Source: Thermoanaerobaculia bacterium
GTDB taxonomy: Bacteria; Acidobacteriota; Thermoanaerobaculia; Multivoradales; Multivoraceae
NCBI GenBank assembly: GCA_963666565.1
Contig: OY762911.1
Coordinates: 192,001-256,000 of the forward strand
Reading direction: 5' to 3'
Length of the DNA: 64,000 bases
In this document: piece by piece, positions 8,618 to 16,616 of the stretch
Layout: each line of letters starts with the position of its first letter
Numbering within the stretch: position 1 is the first letter of the stretch
The notes under the pieces: generated by a model
The model's input: the letters and a program-made list of their open reading frames with translations, nothing else
What the model was told of the DNA's origin: nothing
Database searches by the model: none
Made by a program: the position numbers and the translations under genes

Positions 8618-10410
8618 AGGTTCGCCCCGCCGTCGTCGCCGCGGCCGCCCTCGCGGCCGTCCTCGCCCTGCTCCTGCCGGCGGCGAGCGACGCCGCCACC
8701 CGCCGCGTGGCCGTGCCGGAGATCGGCTCGCCCGCGCCGGTCGCCGTGCTCGCTTCCTCCGGCAGGATCCACATCGAGGCCAAGCCGCGGCCGAACGAGG
8801 GGCTGCTGGCCTTCGCGCAGCGGCTCTGCGGCAGTCCCCGGCACGCTTCCGCGATCAGCCGGGCGAACCGTGGCGTCCGCCGTCTGAAGCGCGGCGTCCG
8901 CTACAAGGTGCCCTTCGACCTGCTGCCCGAGCGGCACCAGCAGGCCGCCGTCCGCGCGCTGCTGCCGAGAGACCGGGCCACGGCCGACGGCTGGCGGCAC
9001 CGCGTCGCCTCCTCGGCGCGCGGGGCCAGGGCGGAGAGCCTGTGGAGCATCGCGGAGCGGTTCACCGGCAAGGGCGAGAACCACGGAGCGCTGCGGCGGG
9101 CGAACGGCCTGAAGAGCAGCGTCATCCGGCCGGGGCAGGTCATCCTCATCCCGCGCGGCATCCTCTCCCGGCCCTACGCCGGCATGCTGCCGGCGGCAGC
9201 GGCAGCGACCCGGGCCGCGGCGGCGCCGCCGGCGGCGGACGCCGGGCCGAGCCCCTTCGTCCGCTACAGCACCGACGACCGGGGCGAGTACGCCAGCTAC
9301 CGCCTGAAAGCCGGCGAAGCCCTCTACTCCAGCGTCGTCATGCGGTTCACCGGCCGGCTCCTCGCCGCCGACGTGAACGAACTCGTCGACCGGATCAGGA
9401 AGCGCAACGCGATCCGCGACGTGCGCGACCTGCCGGTCGGCTACGAGGTCAGGATTCCGCTCGACCTGCTTTCCGCCCGCTACCTGCCGCCGGACGACCC
9501 GCGGCGCCGGGAATGGGAGGCGGAGCGCGCCGCCGCGGAACAGATCGAGAACGAGTACCTGGCCCTCGATCTCGACGGCGTGACGGTCGTGCTCGACGCC
9601 GGCCACGGCGGGCGCGACACGGGGGCGCCCGTCGGCGGCCTGTGGGAGAGCAACTACGTCTACGACATCATGCTGCGCACCAAGAAGGTGCTCGAGAGCC
9701 GCACCGCCGCCACCGTCATCCCGACCACCCGCGAGGGTTCGACGTTCCAGATCGACGACCGGGACGTGCTGCCCAAGTCCCGGGGCCATGCCGTGCTCAC
9801 CGAGCCTCCGTACCGGATCGACAACGCCGTGGTGGCGACGAACTTCCGCTGGTACCTGTCGAACTCGATCTACCGGCAGCGCCGGCGGGAGGGCGCCGAA
9901 CCGGGCCAGGTCGTCTTCATCTCGATCCACGCGGACTCGCTGCATCCCTCCCTCGGCGGCGCGATGGTCTATATCCCGGGGCTCGTCGGCATCACGAACA
10001 ACTACGGGAAGTCGGGCAGCGTCTACAACGCCCGCCGCGAAGTCCGGGCCGAACCCCGCGTCTCGTTCACGCGGACCGAACGCACCACGAGCAAGGGCCT
10101 GTCGAGCGACCTCGCCGAGCACATCCTGAACAGCTTCCGCCGAAGCGATCTGGATGTACACCACAACAGCCCGATCCGCGACCGGATCTGGCGCGGGCGC
10201 CGGGTCTACGTGCCGGCGCAGCTCCGCTTCAACCGGATACCGGCCAAGATCCTGCTCGAGGTGTGCAACCTGAGCAACGAACGCGACCGCCGCCTGATGA
10301 AGACCCGCGCCTACCGTCAGCGGGTCGCGGAAGCGATCGTGGACGGCATCCTGTCCTACTACGGGGTGTCCGGGCCGGGCGCCGACCGCGCGGTCACCGC
10401 CGGCAGTTGA
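8614..10410 (+). CDS. Secreted N-acetylmuramoyl-L-alanine amidase (Amidase_3) with LysM-like domains
   Basis: ATG 8614 overlaps gatA stop; signal peptide; ESLWSIAERF...IRPGQVILIP; LDAGHGGRD, FISIHAD, ILLEVCNL. Confidence 0.85.
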   Translation: MKVRPAVVAAAALAAVLALLLPAASDAATRRVAVPEIGSPAPVAVLASSGRIHIEAKPRPNEGLLAFAQRLCGSPRHASAISRANRGVRRLKRGVRYKVPFDLLPERHQQAAVRALLPRDRATADGWRHRVASSARGARAESLWSIAERFTGKGENHGALRRANGLKSSVIRPGQVILIPRGILSRPYAGMLPAAAAATRAAAAPPAADAGPSPFVRYSTDDRGEYASYRLKAGEALYSSVVMRFTGRLLAADVNELVDRIRKRNAIRDVRDLPVGYEVRIPLDLLSARYLPPDDPRRREWEAERAAAEQIENEYLALDLDGVTVVLDAGHGGRDTGAPVGGLWESNYVYDIMLRTKKVLESRTAATVIPTTREGSTFQIDDRDVLPKSRGHAVLTEPPYRIDNAVVATNFRWYLSNSIYRQRRREGAEPGQVVFISIHADSLHPSLGGAMVYIPGLVGITNNYGKSGSVYNARREVRAEPRVSFTRTERTTSKGLSSDLAEHILNSFRRSDLDVHHNSPIRDRIWRGRRVYVPAQLRFNRIPAKILLEVCNLSNERDRRLMKTRAYRQRVAEAIVDGILSYYGVSGPGADRAVTAGS

Positions 10411-10525
10411 ACCCGCCGGCCGGCCCCGGCGCGGGCCGGGCCGAGGAGGCGCTCCGCGTCGAGCGGAAGCGGCCGCGGCGGTCGGACACGCCGCCGGGTG
10501 CGCGAGCCTTCCGGCCCGCCGCCGG

Positions 10526-11149
10526 TCAGTACCGGCGCATCAGGCCGACGACGACGCCCTGGACGCGGAGCCGGTCCGCGGCCACGTAGAACGGTTCCAT
10601 CTCCCGGTTCGCGGGCTGCAATCGGACCGAATCGCCCTCGGGGAAGTACCGCTTGAGCGTCGCCTCGTCGTCGACCAGGGCGACGACCACCTGGCCCGAC
10701 CGGGCCTCCTCCCGCCTGGCGACGACCACCAGGTCGCCGTCGCAGATGCCGTCGTCGATCATCGAGTCTCCCTCCACCTGGAGAACGTAGTGACGGCCGG
10801 CGGCGCCACGCTCCAGCAGGTGCTCGGGAACGGACAGATCGTCCACGCCGGGCACCGCCTCGATCGGCCTCCCGGCGGCGATGCGGCCGTGGAAGGGAAC
10901 GGAGTTCGTCGAGGGACGCCGGGAACGCAGCGTCTTCGCCGTCAGTTCCAGGCCGCGCTTCTGGTTCCAGCCGCCCCGCAGGTAGCCCTTCTGCCGCAGC
11001 AGCTTCAGGTGCTTGTGGACGGTGCCGTAAGACGAGAAGCCGAAACGGCGGCGGATCTCCAGGTGGGTGGGCGCAATGCCCCGGGCCTGGTGGAACTCGC
11101 ACACGAAGTCCAGAACCTGCTTCTGGCGCTCGGTCAGGAAGTCGTCCAT
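10526..11149 (-). CDS. lexA: SOS repressor LexA
   Basis: LTERQKQVLDF wHTH; GRIAAG cleavage site; GDSM serine and TLKR lysine. Confidence 0.96.
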   Translation of the reverse strand: MDDFLTERQKQVLDFVCEFHQARGIAPTHLEIRRRFGFSSYGTVHKHLKLLRQKGYLRGGWNQKRGLELTAKTLRSRRPSTNSVPFHGRIAAGRPIEAVPGVDDLSVPEHLLERGAAGRHYVLQVEGDSMIDDGICDGDLVVVARREEARSGQVVVALVDDEATLKRYFPEGDSVRLQPANREMEPFYVAADRLRVQGVVVGLMRRY

Positions 11150-11158
11150 GGCCCTCCG

Positions 11159-11187
11159 ATACTAGACGCAAATCCAGCGTAAGCCAA
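11159..11187 (-). promoter_or_regulatory. Candidate lexA promoter with possible operator in the spacer
   Basis: TTGGCT-17 bp-TAGTAT on minus strand; dyad ACGC-N7-GCGT and CTA-N10-CAG overlap it. Confidence 0.5.
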
Positions 11188-11223
11188 GCGCGACCGCCTT
11201 CCTCCGCATACACTACGCCGCCG

Positions 11224-12516
11224 ATGCCGGAACACCTCGAACAGCACGAACTCGGGAACGGCCTGCGCGTCGTGCTCCACGAGGACCGCCGGCTGCCCCT
11301 GGCCGCCGTCAACGTCTGGTACCACGTCGGCTCGAAGAACGAGGAGACGGGACGCACCGGACTGGCCCACCTGTTCGAGCACATGCTGTTCCAGGGGTCG
11401 GCGAACGTCTCGGAGAACGGACACTTCGAGCACGTCCAGAAGGTCGGCGGCGTGGCGAACGGCTCGACCTGGTACGACCGCACGAACTACTACGAGACCC
11501 TGCCCGCGAACCGCCTCGAACTCGGCCTGTGGCTGGAGTCCGACCGCCTGGGCTTCCTGCTCGAGGCGCTCACCGAGGAGAAGTTCGAGAACCAGCGCTC
11601 CGTCGTGATGAACGAGCGCCTGCAGCGTGTGAACAACCAGCCCTACGGCCTGGCCGGCGAGCGCCTGAGCGAGCTCCTCTATCGGCGACCGGACGGGACG
11701 GATCATCCGTACGCCTGGCCGGTCATCGGCTACATGGACGACCTCGAGGCCGCCGACCTCGACGGCGTCCGGGATTTCTTCCGCACCTGGTACCGGCCGA
11801 ACAACGCGGTCCTCACCCTGGCCGGCGACATCGACCGCGAAGCGGCCCTCGAACAGGTCGAGCGCTACTTCGGCGACCTGCCCGCCGGGACCCTGCCGCC
11901 GCCGCCCGCCGTCGAGCCGGCGGGCGAGATCGGCCCCCGCGGCGCCTCGCGGGAGATCCTTGAGGACTCGATCGAGCTGCCCCGCACCTACTCCGCCTGG
12001 TGCCTCGACGGCTACGGCAGCGACGACTGGTACGCCGGAGAGCTGCTGGCGACGATCCTCTCGTCGGGCCGGATGAGCCGGCTCCATCGCGACCTCGTCT
12101 ATGAGCGCCAGATCGCGCAGTCCGTCTCGGCGGTCGTCCTGCCGACCGAGATCTGCGCCACCTTCGCCGTGATCGCAACCTGCCAGAGCCGCGAGCCGGA
12201 TCCGCTGGCGAACGCGGAGACCCTGGAATCGGCGGCGCTCGAGCACGTCGAGGCGCTGGCGTCGGCCGGGCCGACCGCGGAGGAACTCGAGCGGGCGCGC
12301 CGGGGCCTCCTGCTCGCCCACCACGACAGCCGGCAGGACCTCGCCCTGTGCGCCGACCGGCTGTCCTGCGCGGCGACCTACTTCGACGATCCGTCCCGGG
12401 CCTGGACCGAGCCGGAGCGCCTGCTCGCCGTCGAGGCCGACCAGGTCCGCGACCTGGCGCGGCGCGCGCTCGGCCCGGAACGCCGCGCGGCCGTCATCGT
12501 GGTGCCCAGAACGTGA
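11224..12516 (+). CDS. M16 (pitrilysin-family) zinc peptidase, catalytic subunit
   Basis: WYHVGSKNE..GRTGLAHLFEHM (HxxEH), NGST..DRTNYYE, WYRPNNA. Confidence 0.95.
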   Translation: MPEHLEQHELGNGLRVVLHEDRRLPLAAVNVWYHVGSKNEETGRTGLAHLFEHMLFQGSANVSENGHFEHVQKVGGVANGSTWYDRTNYYETLPANRLELGLWLESDRLGFLLEALTEEKFENQRSVVMNERLQRVNNQPYGLAGERLSELLYRRPDGTDHPYAWPVIGYMDDLEAADLDGVRDFFRTWYRPNNAVLTLAGDIDREAALEQVERYFGDLPAGTLPPPPAVEPAGEIGPRGASREILEDSIELPRTYSAWCLDGYGSDDWYAGELLATILSSGRMSRLHRDLVYERQIAQSVSAVVLPTEICATFAVIATCQSREPDPLANAETLESAALEHVEALASAGPTAEELERARRGLLLAHHDSRQDLALCADRLSCAATYFDDPSRAWTEPERLLAVEADQVRDLARRALGPERRAAVIVVPRT

Positions 12517-13898
12517 GCGCGGAAGGACGGCCCGCCCTGGACCGCAGCCGGCCGCCGGTTCCCGGTCCCGGCCGGAGCTGCTCGTTCCCGGGCTTCGAGG
12601 TCGAGGAGCTTGCGTCCGGCGCGCGCCTGTGGACGCTCGACGTTCCCGGCTGCGGCCTGGTCACCGCCGTGCTGCTCATGCCCGGCGGCAGCGAACTCGA
12701 CGCGCCCGGGCGCGCCGGTCTCGCCTCGTTCACGGCGGGGCTCCGCGGCGCCGGCACGAAGCGCCGCGGCGCCCTCGAGTTCGCGGCCGCGGCGGAGAAC
12801 CTGGGAACCGCCGTCAGGACCTCGTGCGGCTGGGAGAACGCCGCGGTCGCCGCCACGATCGGCGCCGGCGACGTCCCGGCCGGCCTGGACCTGGTCGCCG
12901 AAGCCGCCGCCGAGCCGGCCTTCCTGGACGAGGAAGTCGAGCGCCGCCGTCGACGCCGCCTGGCCGAGATCGAGCGGCGGCGCAGCGATCCCGCCGCGCT
13001 GGCCGGGACCGCCTTCGCCCGGGCCATCTACGGCGGCACGCCCTACGGGCACCCGGCGATCGGCGACCGCGGAACGACCGAGGCGATCGCCCGGGACGAC
13101 ATCGCCCGTTTCCACGCGCGGGCCCTCGCCGCGGGCTCGTGCCATCTGATCGCGGTCGGCGACCTCGGAGCGGGCGCGGTGCGGCGGGCGATCGAGGACA
13201 CGGTCGAACCCCGGCTCCGGGACCACGCCCGGAGCTTCGACGGCGCGCCGGAGAGCCTCGAGCCCGACTTTCCGGCGCCGGCGGCGTGCCGGGTCGTCGT
13301 CGTCGACCGGCCCGGCGCCGCGCAGACCGAACTGCGTGTCGGCCACTCCGGCGTTCCGCGCAGCCACCCCGACCGCGTCCGCCTCCAGGTCGCCAACTCG
13401 ATCCTCGGAGGCAAGTTCATGAGCCGGTTGAACCTGACTCTCAGGGAGAAGCACGGCTACACCTACGGCGTCTCCAGCGCCTTCGCCTTCCGCCGCGGCC
13501 CCGGCCCCTTCGCGGTGTCGACGGCGGTGGCCAACGACGTCGCGGGCGCCGCCGCCCGGAAGATCGTGGAGGAAGTCGAGCGGATGTGCGCCGAACCGCC
13601 GGCCGCGGCTGAACTCGACGACGCCCGCAACTACATGGTCGGCGTCTTCCCGTACACGCTGCAGACGATCCAGGGCCTCTCCTCCCGCCTGCAGACGCTG
13701 GCCGCGTTCGGCCTCGACCGCGACGAGTACCACCGTTGGCCCGAGCGGGTCCGCGCCACCTCGCGCGAAGACGTGCTCGAGGTCTGCCGGCGCCACCTGT
13801 TCCCGGACCGGCTGACGGTCGTCGCCGTGGGACCGGCGGAGGATCTCCTGCCGCAACTCGAAGGGCTCGGAACGGCCGAGGTGCAGGCGGCCGCCTGA
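12513..13898 (+). CDS. M16 peptidase, non-catalytic partner subunit
   Basis: GTG 12513 overlaps upstream stop; LDRSRPPVPG start; no HxxEH; SRLNLTLREKHGYTYG. Confidence 0.9.
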   Translation: MSAEGRPALDRSRPPVPGPGRSCSFPGFEVEELASGARLWTLDVPGCGLVTAVLLMPGGSELDAPGRAGLASFTAGLRGAGTKRRGALEFAAAAENLGTAVRTSCGWENAAVAATIGAGDVPAGLDLVAEAAAEPAFLDEEVERRRRRRLAEIERRRSDPAALAGTAFARAIYGGTPYGHPAIGDRGTTEAIARDDIARFHARALAAGSCHLIAVGDLGAGAVRRAIEDTVEPRLRDHARSFDGAPESLEPDFPAPAACRVVVVDRPGAAQTELRVGHSGVPRSHPDRVRLQVANSILGGKFMSRLNLTLREKHGYTYGVSSAFAFRRGPGPFAVSTAVANDVAGAAARKIVEEVERMCAEPPAAAELDDARNYMVGVFPYTLQTIQGLSSRLQTLAAFGLDRDEYHRWPERVRATSREDVLEVCRRHLFPDRLTVVAVGPAEDLLPQLEGLGTAEVQAAA

Positions 13899-14044
13899 GC
13901 GCGGGAGAACGCCGCTCGCGTGGTATCTTCTCCGGCTGTTTCCAACCCCGGGATCCGTGCCGCGGCACGCGGCCGGCGTCCCGCACAGCCCGAATCGCGC
14001 GGGCCCGGGAGACGGGCCCGCGACCCCTTGCGACCGGAGCGTCG

Positions 14045-16141
14045 ATGCAACTCGAGAACTCGGAACAGATACGCAACCTCGCCGTCGTCGGACACAACGA
14101 CACGGGCAAGACGACCCTGCTCGCCGGCCTGCTCTACACCGGCGGCGTCTTCAACCGGCAGAACCGCGTGGAGGACGGGAACACGGTCACCGACTTCGAC
14201 GACGAGGAGGTCCGGCGCGGCATCTCGATCGGCCTCGCCGTCTGCTACGCGCCCTGGTCGGACGGGGCCGCCAACTGCAAGGTCAACCTGATCGACTGTC
14301 CGGGTTCCGGGATCTTCGTCCACGAGAGCAGCTCCGGCATGCGCGCGGCCGACGCCGCCCTGCTCTGCGTGAACGCGGCCTCGCCGACCCAGGTCATGGC
14401 CGAGAAGGCCTGGGAGATCGCCGGCGAGATGAACCAGCCGGTGATGTTCCACCTGACGAAGATGGACCGCGACAACATCGACTTCGCCGGCTGCATCGCC
14501 GAACTCCAGGAGAACTTCGACCGCATGGCGCTGCCCGTGCAGATACCGATCGGCGACGGCAAGGACTTCACCGGCGTCGTCGACCTGCTGAGCCGCAAGG
14601 CCTACGCGTACGACCGGGACGGCGCCGGCCGCAGCCAGGCGTCCGAGCCGCCGGCGGAACTCGCGGACGAGATCGACGAATGGCGCAACAACCTGACCGA
14701 AGCGGTCGCCGAGAGCGACGACGAGTTGATGGAGGCCTACTTCGAGAACGGCGACTTGACCCGGGAGCAGTTGATCCAGGGGCTGAAGGCAGCGATCCGG
14801 TCCCGCTCCCTGTTTCCGGTCACGATGTCGTCCGGCGCCCACGGCATCGGCAACTCCGCCCTGCTCGACGCGGTGGTCCGGCTGCTGCCCTCGCCGGTCG
14901 ACGCGCCGCCGATTCCCGCCGGCGACCTCGGCGGAGAGCCCGTGGAGCTCGACCGCGGCGAGGAAGCGCCGGTCAGCGCGATCGTCTTCAAGACGATGAA
15001 CGATCCCTTCACCGGCCGCATCTCGCTCCTGCGCGTCGCCGGCGGCAACATGAGTTCGGACACCGTCTACTGGAACGCCGGCCGCGAGGAGGCCGAGCGC
15101 GTCGGCCACCTGATGCACATGCAGGGCAAGACGGGCGAGGACGTCCCCAGGCTGGTCGAGGGCGACATCGGCGGCGTCGCCAAGCTGAAATCGAGCGCCA
15201 CCGGCGATTCGCTCACGAGCCGGGAGCGGCCGGTGAAGCTCGACTTCCCCACTGCCCCGGTCGCGGCGATCTCGTTCGCGATCGAGCCGAAGACGAAGGG
15301 CGACGAGGAGAAGATCGGCGAGGCGGTGTCGCGCCTGCTCGAGGAGGATCCCAGCCTGCACGCCGGCCGCGACCCGCAGACCGGCGAGTTCCTGCTCTCC
15401 GGCGCCGGCCAGCTTCACGTCGAGATCGCCGTGTCCAAGCTGAAGAGCCGGTCGAAGGTCGAGGTCATCCTGCACCCGCCGAAGGTGCCCTACCGGGAGG
15501 CGATCCGGAGGACCGCGGTCGGCCACGGCCGGCACAAGAAGCAGAGCGGCGGCCGCGGCCAGTTCGCGGACTGCACGATTACGATGGAACCCGTCGCCAC
15601 CCCCGAGGAGTACGAGTTCGTCGACGAGATCTTCGGCGGCTCCATCCCCCAGAACTACCGCCCGGCGGTCGAGAAGGGCCTGCTCGAAGCCGCCGGCCGC
15701 GGCTATCTGGCGGGCTACCCGGTCGGCAACTTCCGCGTCCGGCTGCAGGACGGCAAGTTCCACGATGTCGACTCGTCGGAGATGGCCTTCAAGGTCGCCG
15801 GCTCGCTCGCCTTCAAGGACGCGATGGCCAAGGCCGCGCCGACGCTCCTGGAACCCGTCATGCAGGTCGACATCAACACGACGGAAGACTTCATGGGCGA
15901 CATCATGAGCGACCTCTCCTCACGCCGGGGCCGCCCCCAGGGCATGGAGGCCAAGGGCAACGCCCAGATCGTCAAGGCCACCGTCCCCATGGCCGAAATG
16001 CTGACCTACGCCCCGGCCCTTCGCTCCATGACCCAGGGCCGCTCCAGTTTCACGATGGCCTTCTCCCACTACGAGGAGGTCCCGCGCCAGATCCAGGAGA
16101 AGATCATCGCCGAGGCGAAGCGGGAGGAAGAGGACGGATAG
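14045..16141 (+). CDS. Elongation factor G paralog (EF-G2 / FusA2 type)
   Basis: IRNLAVVGHNDTGKTTL, RGISI, DCPG, KKQSGGRGQF, DVDSSEMAF, LRSMTQGR; divergent from fusA at 35288. Confidence 0.92.
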   Translation: MQLENSEQIRNLAVVGHNDTGKTTLLAGLLYTGGVFNRQNRVEDGNTVTDFDDEEVRRGISIGLAVCYAPWSDGAANCKVNLIDCPGSGIFVHESSSGMRAADAALLCVNAASPTQVMAEKAWEIAGEMNQPVMFHLTKMDRDNIDFAGCIAELQENFDRMALPVQIPIGDGKDFTGVVDLLSRKAYAYDRDGAGRSQASEPPAELADEIDEWRNNLTEAVAESDDELMEAYFENGDLTREQLIQGLKAAIRSRSLFPVTMSSGAHGIGNSALLDAVVRLLPSPVDAPPIPAGDLGGEPVELDRGEEAPVSAIVFKTMNDPFTGRISLLRVAGGNMSSDTVYWNAGREEAERVGHLMHMQGKTGEDVPRLVEGDIGGVAKLKSSATGDSLTSRERPVKLDFPTAPVAAISFAIEPKTKGDEEKIGEAVSRLLEEDPSLHAGRDPQTGEFLLSGAGQLHVEIAVSKLKSRSKVEVILHPPKVPYREAIRRTAVGHGRHKKQSGGRGQFADCTITMEPVATPEEYEFVDEIFGGSIPQNYRPAVEKGLLEAAGRGYLAGYPVGNFRVRLQDGKFHDVDSSEMAFKVAGSLAFKDAMAKAAPTLLEPVMQVDINTTEDFMGDIMSDLSSRRGRPQGMEAKGNAQIVKATVPMAEMLTYAPALRSMTQGRSSFTMAFSHYEEVPRQIQEKIIAEAKREEEDG

Positions 16142-16157
16142 CGCGCCGGCAGCGTGA

Positions 16158-16222
16158 CGGCGCAGGCGCAGCGGCGCAGGCGCAGCGGCGGAGGCGTAGC
16201 GGCGGAGGCGTGACGGCGGAGG
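16158..16222 (+). repeat. 14-bp tandem repeat, ~4.6 copies (CGGCGCAGGCGCAG / CGGCGGAGGCGTAG / CGGCGGAGGCGTGA)
   Basis: Direct reading; units start at 16158, 16172, 16186, 16200, 16214. Confidence 0.9.
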
Positions 16223-16225
16223 ACG

Positions 16226-16423
16226 TTCCCGCCGGCTTTCGGTTCCGAGGAGAGGGGTCCCAGGGGACGCTCGCACTCTCTTGGTAGAGGGGAACGGGAG
16301 TGCTCGCTTCGGTCGGCTGCGTTTCACGTCGGCGTCGGTTTCGGGTACGACGCCGGGAGTCACTTGCCTCCAGCCCCCTGGGACCCTCTCCTCGGGACCT
16401 GCGCCGGCTGGACGTCGTCGTCG
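16226..16423 (+). repeat. Structured ~200-bp hairpin element, copy L
   Basis: Outer stem 16241-16266 with 16375-16399; inverted homolog at 20109-20303 sharing identical 36-nt and 23-nt blocks. Confidence 0.9.
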
Positions 16424-16432
16424 GGGTGCGTG

Positions 16433-16581
16433 GGCTGGGTGCGCGGGTCTTCCGACCCGCTGACGCCGAAGGCGGCCAGAAGAAGAAGCGCGCCGGGCCG
16501 CCAGGCCGGCACCGCTCTGGCTGGGTGCGCGGGTCTTCTGACCCGCTGACGCCGAAGGCGGCCAGAGAAGAACGCGCCGAC
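16433..16581 (+). repeat. REP-like element family A, two tandem copies (period 86 bp)
   Basis: GGCTGGGTGCGCGGGTCTTCYGACCCGCTGACGCCGAAGGCGGCCAGA at 16433 and 16519. Confidence 0.9.
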
Positions 16582-16616
16582 AAGTTCCATGCACATGCCG
16601 TTGCTACGATCCATGC

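Noticed and set aside
16158-16581. Repeats near the cassette as a CRISPR array or integron attC array
   Set aside because: No regular repeat-unique spacer series, no cas genes, no integron integrase, and the three genes overlap without intervening sites.
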